From: Diadema antillarum
Lineage: Eukaryota
Reading direction: 5' to 3'
DNA length: 64,000 nt
NCBI RefSeq assembly: GCF_040938485.1
Contig: NW_027271492.1
Span: forward strand, 1,984,001-2,048,000
Below the pieces are notes generated by a model that was given only the letters and a program-made list of their open reading frames with translations, was not told the origin of the DNA and searched no databases. Each line of letters begins with the position of its first letter. The first letter of the stretch is position 1. Made by a program: the position numbers and the translations under genes. This document shows positions 25,491-36,500 of this stretch, one piece after another.

Positions 25491-26127
25491 ACAGAGAAGC
25501 TCAAGAGAAAAAAAAAATATAACATACATTATTCATGAAAAAAAAATTGGCAATCTTAAACAGCCATATGATATTGTGAGGATGCTTAAGCCATCATGAT
25601 ACATTGAATATTTCTATAAATATCATTATCTTTTCTTTTCTTTTTTGCAGATATCCTGTGCTGTATACATTTGAAAAGTTTTCTAGTATTTCCTCAGCAG
25701 TCAACTTTGATTTGCACTGACAGCGCAGCTGATGGTGTACAGTAAGAATTGTAAAGTTTGGAAAGCAATATTGCATAAGTTGTACACAGTGCAAGCATCA
25801 CATTACATGCATTTTCACTAAAATGAACTGATTTTACACCTCAAGGTACTATTGCCAAATGTCATACATGGTACCTATTCAAAGGTTATTTTATCAAGTT
25901 CATGTAAATTCACTACATATGTACATCAATACATGTCAGTATTAAACTCAATAAAACGTAACACTTTGCACACTTTTGAGCAGGATGGTCCATGCTATTA
26001 GCCAACAATGTAAAATGAGTACATTCAGACAATATTCAACACATTTAACCTTATTAGTGTGTGTGTCTTTTCTCTCCTCACCCTAAACCTAATTTCCCAA
26101 ATCTGGCAATTTAACTAGCATTATACC

Positions 26128-26493
26128 TTAAAGGCATAGTTTACCATTTGGAGATGAAACAAAAACCCAGCATTAGTGCTTCAAAATAGTTCTAAAAGGT
26201 GAGTTAGGGATAGGTTCAACCAATGTAAAAATTTGAACCAGTATAATCGATGTTAAGTAAATACTGTTAAATATACAAAATGTGAATAATAGTTGTAATT
26301 AAAATGTTTTCAGACTAAACCGTCTACAGTTATGGTTTAATGACAAAAATAGTGATATCTCCTTATATTTTAGGCTTTATTGCAAAAATTTTATATGGTA
26401 GGATGTTTTGTGATACAACTGACCTGCATCAAAAGTGATATATATTTGAACAGTTTTTAAATCACTGCTCCAAAAGGTAAACAGGACCTTTAA
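26128..26493. mobile_element. Kolobok-like MITE, third family
   Basis: ttaaaggcatagtttacc / ggtaaacaggacctttaa. Confidence 0.7.
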
Positions 26494-27894
26494 ATAGATA
26501 TGTCCATGCTATTTTGGTTTGGTGCATTTGGTAAGGATGTTTGATACAACCTGACAGTGAGGCCTCAATGGATTTTACCGTTGTACACGTACTTTTGAAC
26601 TTGTTTAGAGACGGAGGATCGACATATGAATGGCAGTTCAGTCAAGTCCTTCAATCATGTTAGTGCTAAAAGAAAAAGATGCTTGAAAAAGCCTTATTAT
26701 TATGTTGTAGGTTGGTGAGTCACAGTCACAGACACTACATTAATCTCCATCATACTTTAATGTGGGGCTCGACATTAGCTGTGGCCCGATGACCCAGAAG
26801 CCCCAAGGCCATTTCAAGATTTGAGTAGCTGTAACAGGCCACCAGAGAAAAAAGTTAGTGCCACGCCCTGCTCTAAAGTCTAATGCATGCAATCAACTGA
26901 GAATTTATAGTGAGCCACTGTAAGCATTTTCTCTTTGATAAAAAAAAAGTCAGATTAGCCATGCACTATATACAGCTGACAACTAGATCGTCTCATGCCC
27001 ACACTACATGTAATAGGATTACTCAGAAATGAGGTATCTTGGAAAGGCAAGGCATACAGCATTTATACTAGTTTTCCATATTCTGTCTTTCAGCCAAGTG
27101 GTAAAATGGCAAAAGACTGGCTAGATTTAGAATATCTTATCAAACAATGGCAAAACTTTTTTTTTTTTTTGCATTATACAAAGGAATGTATACGTACATA
27201 CATTGTAGGGTCTAACCCCTTGGGCCCCCCTTTTTTTTAAAGTAGCACCAGAAAAATGTGATTTTAAAAACTTTTTTTCTTTGCTTGTCAGCTGAATAAA
27301 CTCAGAAGTGGCACCAGAAAACTTTCTTTCTAACATGTGTTTCAATTGGTGTTACTTTGACGTACACGTAAGTTAGGATTGGTTAGTGTTCATCCTCAAA
27401 CAGGTTTTCTTTTTCATTAAATCTACAGCCCTCTACAATGTTGTGAAACAAAAGTTAATATTGCTCCTTAACCCTCAACAAGACGGTTAATCTTGAAAAT
27501 TGCACTTCTTGACTCTTGATCTTTTAATTTTAAGAACTCACTAAACCAAAATCTTAGATTTCTCTCCCCTGTGGTCTAATTACCCCAAGACAGACAATGC
27601 ATGTAGCTTTTAACAATTTACAGTATGTACAATACCGTGTTAACATCAGAGTGTGAATCAAGGACCTGTTCTAGATATTGCATTGTACAGCAAAAATACA
27701 ACATTCAGCAGATGCTATGGAAATGGATTATAACCAAAGTGACTCATGTTTACATTTTATGTGGACTGTTTTCATCCACATGATCTATACATGAAAAAAA
27801 GTTCACTGAGGTGCCAATTCATTACCAACAGCACTCTCCATGAACTCTATATTTACACATTTTAATAGTAGATAATACTAGTTGTCTTATTAGA

Positions 27895-28136
27895 CAGGGC
27901 TTGACACTAAATCTTCTCTCTGGTGACCTAAAATCTTAACATCTGAAATTTTGATGCCAGCCCCCAAAAAGATGTGTAGTGGTCCAATATAAAAGCAAGT
28001 GTAAAAATCCACTTTGAAATTAAATCTGAGTTGCCCGATCACGCTATCAAAAGATAATTGCTACTGAAATTCTGTGGTCCCACATCAATTTTTAGTGGCC
28101 GCGAGCCACCGCTATACAATGTAATGTCAAGCCCTG
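27895..28136. mobile_element. hAT-like MITE (CAGGG termini); related fragments at 26763-26870 and 33940-34030
   Basis: TIR cagggcttgaca / tgtcaagccctg; no 8-bp TSD recognisable. Confidence 0.65.
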
Positions 28137-28570
28137 CATTGGTTCTATGTTTCTACTAGTGGTACTCTCCATCTGGCATGCAGGGTTGATATCTATTTAA
28201 TTCTAGCAATAGTGCAGACAGCCAATATGTGCACCCCCATCCCCCCCCCCCCTTCTTCTTCTTCTTTCTCTTCCTCCTCCTGCCTGCCTGGTACAGTCCA
28301 CACGCAGCTGGTAGTGGCACATCATTGTAATTACCTTATGCTCGACAGGTGTTGGGTGTAAAGTGTACAGTTGAAAATCCTCTAAATTCTACAATTTTCT
28401 ATGACATATACATGTATATGTGCAGCTAAAAAAAAAGCAAAACAAAACAAAACAAAACAAAAAAAACATGAAAAAACAGGTGACATCAGACCGTCTAGAA
28501 GTTCATCTGAGGCACAACTCACAAGTTGCACCTTCTTCTGAAGATCTCCAAGGCAAATACACACTAAATA

Positions 28571-28990
28571 TTAAGGGGATCGTATAATTTTGGTTGAGAC
28601 CCAACTTCAGGTTTCTAACATTTTTTGGTGAGATAATAAGAAACCTCTCATGAAATATGAAAGAGCATGTAATTCCACGAGGGATTCAATGTTTATTTGA
28701 TGGAAACTGGTTTTGAATGGCTGAGATACATCCAAAACAGAGTGATCCCAATAAAAGGTGGGACCCACCTTTTATTAGAATTGCTTTGTTTTACCATGTT
28801 TTTGGATGTCTCAGCCATTCCAAAACCAATTTTCATCTAATAAACTTTGGATTCCTCTTAGGACGGTATGCGCTGTATTATTTCATAACTACCATATAAA
28901 AGTGGTTTCTTGGTATCTCGCAAAAACTTAAAAAGCCCAATCTTCATCTCCACCAATACTATACTAGAGTCTACTGTACCATCCATTTAA
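28571..28990. mobile_element. Fold-back Kolobok-like MITE, copy 2
   Basis: Homologous to 12587-12989; TTAA ends. Confidence 0.75.
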
Positions 28991-29099
28991 TTAAATAAAG
29001 TACATTGCACAATAAGTACCGGTACACCTCCTATGCTATCTGCATTGACTTCTATAGCTTTGGGAATACAGCAGGTTCAGCGATTTATACAATGGATGC

Positions 29100-30570
29100 T
29101 ACCTCCATAGCTCCATACTGTACCAGCCGGACAGCGACAGCTTTCTCGTCGCGTCGCGGCCCATGGCCCATGCCCTCACACACGCGCCGTGACTATCGGT
29201 AGGTATGTACGTTACCCCTGCGCTTGGCCTGCATTTTCTGTGGAGTGACCGCCCGATTCCACGCAGGGTTGTGAGCGCTCAACCCCGTACCTCGCGGCTC
29301 CTCTGCGGGCCCCGCATACACCACATACTAGTAGTACACACGGTAAGCATACATGTCTGAGTCTGCTTCCTGTAGCCTCAAAGCAAGCTCCGAAATGCAA
29401 CAGTAGTGACAGTATAGGCATCAAGCAGCCAACCTTTAACTTTAGCGAACGCATTTATAAACTCAAGAAATCGAGATGACTTCCACAACAAATACAAAAC
29501 AGAAAAATGGTCGGTAAACTGCCAATAATTTTTAGAACTGTGGTCCACTTTTAAAAATCAGTGGCAATGACCTTAAAAAATTATTGCGTGTCTCCCCCCC
29601 CCCTTTTTTTTAAGGTCACAAGTCGTGCAAGTACGCGAGATACAACCCTCATCTTCACCTTGCTAGACGTTACAAGAAACGCAAAAGAAGTGTACATTAC
29701 CCACGTATTATCCGTGTTGTTGCAACAAGGAGAACGAAGGAATATTATCCCCACTCAACAGAATTCGCAGAACATAAATGGGTCGTCTACGTCGGTAGAA
29801 ATGTACCGGAATGTAATGTACACGTACGTACCCGTACGTTTTTGTACGTACTGTACGTACGAATACTGCAGTACCTTCAATTCACTCGGCTGAGCGAGCT
29901 GCCTGGAAAAAGTAAAGGTCACGCAGTTGTTGCGATGCAATTGGCGAAACCATGGTCACATGGTTCGGGTCATACCGGCCAGATACACGTGGGTCTCGAT
30001 GGTGTAAACAACGTACAGAGAAGTATGGGCTCTTAGCGCACTGATGCTGCATGCTGTATGTATTGTGTCCATGTGTATATATATGCGTACAATATTGTAC
30101 ATGTGATGTGTGAAGTACGACTACTACCACTACGGACGCGGAGGAGGCCGGCCGGACTACAACACGAATGACCTAAGTGGACCCTGATTTAGTCTCTACC
30201 ATTGATTGATTTTCGTTGCATCGGTGCCCCATTTTTCGAAGAAACAATTACTATTACTATAATAGGCCTAGTCTACAGATGTAGCTGCAGTGTCAGTGAC
30301 AAGACAACTCTCACTCAGCGACGTGCCCCATTTGTTCCGCCTCTTTGACTTCGACGACGAGTTCTATCTAAATTTAATCTTATCAACTTCTCTTTCACAC
30401 TTTATATTTCGACCAAATCTAGACCCTCTCTCTAAGTCTAACGTTAGGCCTATGAAAAGCGCCCACTGACAGACACACACCAGATCAACATGCCCAGTGA
30501 CAAGTTCCGGCAGCGGAACCCTAAAAATAAGCAGACCAAGTTTCGACTGGTTTTCGACGAGGACAGTAGA
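29100..30570. promoter_or_regulatory. CpG-rich region, probable shared/divergent promoter of BTAF1 (-) and NOL12 (+)
   Basis: Visibly high CG dinucleotide density relative to the CpG-poor BTAF1 introns; lies between the 5' ends of two divergent genes. Confidence 0.6.
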
Positions 30571-30572
30571 AA
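30490..30572 (+). CDS. NOL12: NOL12 exon 1
   Basis: MPSDKFRQRNPKNKQTKFRLVFDEDSR; AA|gtgagt. Confidence 0.9.
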
Positions 30573-33500
30573 GTGAGTAAATTTACAAGTATAAATTTAC
30601 AAATAATGAATATTGAATGTTTATGAGTGCAATGGACAGAATATTTCATGAGGTGAAAGATGAAATTGATTTATTCAGTGAGGCGCAGCCAAGTCGAATG
30701 GATCAAACATTTCATCTTTCGCCAAATGAAATATTCTGTCCATGGCATTACACAAATGAAAAACATTTATTATTTGTTTTATATTTAACGCCTAAAATAG
30801 ATCCATGTCATTTGATGTTTTATTAATTTAGAAACAAGAGTGACACTGAGATCGCGAGAGTGCAGTTCTCACTGAGCGCTTTATGCATGCGCGCTGTCGC
30901 ATACACATAAATTTACTGCAAACAGAAGTGCATTTAACACGCGTAGTGTGCCGGGCTCTCAGCGAGCGGGCAATGGAGCAAATCGTAGATTCGTATGGAT
31001 CCAAAATTGCACGGTAAATGGAGCCACAATTGCACGGATGATGAAGTCATAGTTAAATGGGCCGAATTATCAATGTTAAACAACCAATCAAATGACAAGG
31101 ATCTCCTCAGGCGTTATATAATTTAGAATATATAAGATTATTTAAGAATCAGAATCAGGACAAGAGGTTTAATAAACATGATAAAGAGGGAATAAACCAG
31201 ATCTACGAGTATGACCTGATGGCTTGATTGTTTCCAGTCGTGCCACTACACTGGCTGGAGCTGTACCAATATTGATACCATATCCATCTCGGCTGGTTTG
31301 ACGTGCACCCTGTGAATTCCTATTCAGTGCATGTGAATTTACTAATATGGTCCTTGTCAAATGAAATATGAAAGAATTTACCTTATAAATTCTAATTCTG
31401 TAGCTCTGATACTGGATAATCTCCATGTCCATGAAGACGAAGTTTCTTTTAAAACTCTTAGTCTTACCTCACCCCTATACTTGATTGTCTGAGTGATGGC
31501 ATTTGCATTGCGTGGGCTTAGCCTTTGGTATTTTTTTTAACAATGCTGACAAGAATCATTTTACACAACCTGACTGGCTGTCATTCTTTCTTTTTTTTTC
31601 TCTCTCTCTCTCTCTCTCTCCTTCTCTTTCTCAGGGATTTTCTAACAGGTTTTCAGAAAAGAAAGAAGGCCAGAAAGAAGATTGCTCAACAGGAGGCGGA
31701 GGAGAAAAGAAGAGAAGAAAGACGAAAGGAGAGACGAGAAAGGAGAGACGCCTTGGAGGAGGAATTGAAGAGCATCAGACTTCCAGGTATCGCTCATTTT
31801 CTCTCTAGGGGTGCGTTCGAGCACGCTCCTAAAGGGAACTGTGCCTTACCGTACCTGCACCAGAGGAGCACTCGAATGCTCCTAAAGTGTACTGTACCGT
31901 ACTGTACTGAGCCAAAAGTGGACCACTTCCCGATGTGCTCCAAAGGCGTACCAAAAGTTCGCTGTAAAGCATGCGCGTATCATACGCATATGTCACAATG
32001 CAAAGACATCATTCTCTTTGTTCGGGACAGCTGTACGTAGTTCAAGCGGCAGGTGAAAGACATTCTTGCTACAAAAATGCACGACCTTTTCTAAAAATAA
32101 CTCGTGAGGTATGCTTTCTGAACAGAGCACTCAAACACTCCAAAACTGGCATGGTACGGTATGGTTCGCTGTAGTTTAGTTCGCTTTGGTTCGCTTTAGG
32201 AGAGCGCTTGGACGCACCCTAGGATATGGTACATGTAGTTCTTGTATAGTAGAGCATTCACATCAAGAAACATTTCCCCCTGCATGTGTTTCCTCAAAAT
32301 TCACAGAAAACTGCTCCGACAAGCTGTAAAGTTGGAAAAGATGGGTGTAGTCATTCATGGTGATTGTGTTACAACTTGTCAACTTGAGAGCAGTGTTTGA
32401 AGTTTTTGTTATTATCTTTGTATGGTCCACTCATTGTTCATTATACCTCAGAAAGCAATGATGACACGTTCCTCTTTGCTTTGCATTGTGGAGCTGAATA
32501 AATTGTTTGGCTCATGTACCATAAGTTCTAACCAGAAAATTTCTGTTTGAGAGCTCTTGCTTTCCAAATGAGGTTTACTCAAATATTTCTGCATCATGAA
32601 GCTAGGTAGAGTTGGGCAGTTAGGCGGAGTAATGAACTTTGTGTTGCAAGACTATTGAAGTCATAATGACTGAGTTTGATGATCATTAGTGAGTGTGATA
32701 GTAAATGCCTTCCCGCACTTAATGTTTCTCACACTGACGGCTATGCTGTATCATTTGGACAACACGTCCACGTCTTTCTCCGTCTTAAATCCAAGGGGAG
32801 AGAGGATGCACTGTCCATTGATATCTTATTAACCCACTGAAGGCGAGTCCTGATTATACCCGGGCAGCTGTCTATGGGGAATGCGTGTTGTAGCAAAATC
32901 AGCACGTACCCAGCGGGTTAAAGGATGCTAACATTGTAGCTGAGTTTTGACCCTATCACCAGCCCTGCACCTGTCAAATGCACAAATAATAAATGCACAA
33001 AATGTTTATGTGACCGTGTAGTTTTCTCTTCCAGGTTTGTTCTTGTGTTTTTTGATGATCCATGTCATGTGGTTCCTCTGATTTGATATTACCATGTGTG
33101 TGCACTTTGCAGCCACAAGCCTTCAGTGTATGAACTGGAATGATTACTGGATAACAATTTTGTATTTGTGTGCAATAATGACATACAGTTAAACTCGGAT
33201 ACCTCGACGTCGGATAAGCCGAATATCACTTACCTCGGGGGCAAAATAAAAGTCCCGATTGTTCCTATGGAGTTTCCGTGTATTAAAATTCGCGTAGCTC
33301 GAAAAAGATAACTCGAAGTTCGGTTACCTCGAAGGGAAATCTAATGTCCTGATCTTAATTAACTTATTGTTTTTCCCAGCATGTTGCTCGAATCGAAATT
33401 GTAAACATCACTCAGCATCTCCGATTAAGCGCGCGTGGACAGCGAAGACATGTCACACATGTTTTCACACTCGATTGTAAATATTCTCTGAGACCAGAAC

Positions 33501-36500
33501 AATCGCGCGCCCAAGGAGAAATACTCGATACATAGCTGACAAGGAAAATCTCCAACACCTACCAACACACGTACATGGTATGCACATAGCACCCGTGCCA
33601 ATGGAGTGCTTAACGATAGAACTAAGCGCTGCCTCATCATTTGCTTTTCTTTAACCACTGTGTTTTGATTTTTGATCAAGACAGTCATACCGCGCGCGTA
33701 GATTTCTCGACCGTCGGGGCGCACCTGCTTACGTTGACAGTTATATCTTTGCCATTAATCACGCTCCACTGTCAAAACATCAATCTCCCTCGTAGTGCCT
33801 TTTTTAAAACTATTTTTTTTTTTTGGCCTTTCACGAAGTTTACTTCCCCGAGAACGCAAGCACTGAAACTTTTTTTTTTCAGCAATGCGATTATGAAAAT
33901 CTGGAAGTATAGGCCGATCACAATATAGAATAGAATACACAGGGCTCCGCACTAAGTTTTATCGGGCCACCAATATCATTGATTTTTATTTTCTGGTGGT
34001 CGAAAGTAAAATCTGGTGACAAAAAAAAATCAGGAAAAACATTAGAAAAACTAAATCGGTCCTACTAAACATAGACAAATTACTGTTAAGCATTATTGAA
34101 GTGATACAGATGTCCATGTCTAAAACAAATGAATAGAAAATTCAAACATCTTACTCTGTGTTTAAAGATTTGACAAATAGGCGTAGATATTGTTATAAAA
34201 GTTGATGCCCATATATTGAGGAGGTCAAAACTAACGTTTGAAATGAGAAAATGGGAGCATTTGCTGACATTTGTTAGCATCCGACATTTGTTTTAGCATT
34301 GTAAAATGCCGAAAGTTACCGTTATTCATTTTTAAATGTAAAAGCAAACAACCGACATTCATTTTAGAATCTTACGGAGCTGAATACTATCCTAATCCAT
34401 TTCCAAACGTGAAAGAAAACATCCGCTATTTGTTTTAGCATCTAACTGAGCGGATTAATACCATTAATCATTTCCAAATGTTAAACCAACAATCTGTTAT
34501 TTATTTTTGCATCATACGGAGCAGAATATTACCGTTATTCATTTCAAACATCCGACATTTATTTCATTATCGAACGGAGCCGAATGTGACTGCTGTCCAC
34601 TTCTGAAAGTGAAATGAATCGTCTGACAATTATTTGATCATCGCATGGAGCCGAATGTTACTGTTTTTTTTTTTTCATTTTTGAACGTCAAGGCAGACAT
34701 CAGACATTTTGGACCATGAAACGTATAGCTGAATGTTACTGATATTTATTTTGAAATGTACCGTAGCAAATATCCAATATTTTTTTTTATCATCGTATGG
34801 GGCAGAATGTTACTGCTGTTCACTTCCAAACGTGCCAAACGTAAAAGCAATCATTCGACATGTATTTTAGCATCTTCCGGAGCTGAATGCTATTGGCATT
34901 TACTTTCGAACGTAAAAGCACACATCCGGCATTTAATTTATCAGCGTACGGAGTTGAATATTATTGTTATTCACTTCAGAACATCAAAGCAAACATTCGA
35001 CATTTATTTTAGCATCTTCCGGAGCTAAATGTTATTGCAATTTACTTTCGAACATAAAAGCAAACATCCAGCATTTATGTCATCATTGTCAGGAGTTGAA
35101 AATTATTGTTACCCTTTTCCGAACGTCAAAGCAAACATCAAACATTGATTTTACCATTAAACGCAGCTGAATGTTACTGTTATTCATTTCGAAATTTAAA
35201 AGCAAACATCAGACAGTTATGTTAGCATCATATGGACATGATGGAGCAGAATATTACTGCTATTTTCTTCCGAACATAAAAACGATCATCTGACATCTAT
35301 TTTAGCATCTTCCGGAGCCGAATGCTACTGCTATTTATTTTCGAAAGTATAAGGAAACATCCGACATTTATTTAACCATCGTTCGGAGTTGAATGTTATT
35401 GTTTTTCATTTCCGAACGTCATAGCAAAAATTCGACATTTATTTCAGCGTCTTCCGGAGACGAATGTTATCCTTATTCATTTCCGAACGCAAAATCAAAT
35501 ATCTAACATTAGTTTTAGCACCATACGGAGCTGAGTCTTATCGTTATTCATTTCCAAAAGTATGAGCAAACATCCGACATTTATTTTAGTATCATACCGA
35601 GTCCAATATTACCGTCATTCATTTCCACAATTAAACGCAAAACTCTGACATTTATTTTAGCATCTTCCGTAGTCGATTGTTACCGCTGTTCATTTTCAAA
35701 AGTAAAGGCAAACATCCGACTTTTTTTTTTTTTTTTTGGTGGCGCGATCGGGCCACCAAAATCTTTATTTCTGAAATTTTGATTGCATTTCCGATTTTCA
35801 CTCAATTCATTCATATAAAAGTTGATTCAATTCAAATTGACAAGCATGCAAACAATCAGTAGGCACTATAACAAACACCATGTTGAACATCGATAAATGT
35901 CGAACATCGATAAACATCGGATAAGTCGAAGAAAATTCGACGTACGCGTACCTCGAAATTCGCGTACGTCGAACCATTTTCTTCAGTCCCGACGAATTCG
36001 AGGTATCCGAGTTTGACTGTACATCCATCAGAAGTCAGCGAGACCAAGCAGGCCAAGCGAGATGTGGCTGTCATCGATCACCCAGAGCACACCGTTACCG
36101 TGACGTCCATCACTAGTTTGGACCTGGAGAAGGAGCATGGCGGAGTGGGAGGCAACAAGGTATCCAGGACTGAGACAATCCCCTTGTTTCATGATCAACC
36201 TGTGATGAAGTTTATATGTAACACACACACACACATCGATGGTGGATCCAGAGGGGGGGCGCACCGAGCGCGCGCCCCTCTTTATTTGCTGTTAAAACAA
36301 AAGAAATAAAAAGAAAAAATGAGATAAAACCCGCAAGTAGCACCAGAAATATTGTTTGCGCCCCCCCCCCCCCCCCCCTTTATGGATTTCTTGGATCCGC
36401 CCCTGCACATACACTCCAAAAATACACTTGTCCACCCAAAGCAAACAAACAACAAACATTAAGCATTTCCCAGTGTGGACAGTTTCATGCAAGTCATAAT

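Noticed and set aside
31787-32040. Read-through extension of the 171-aa ORF beyond NOL12 exon 2
   Set aside because: The extension is a Harbinger-like MITE; the donor at 31787 joins exon 3 in phase and restores the NOL12 motif.
34281-35720. CRISPR-like repeat-spacer array
   Set aside because: The entire 71-bp unit is homologous between copies, with no invariant repeat or unique spacers. The context is eukaryotic and there are no cas genes.
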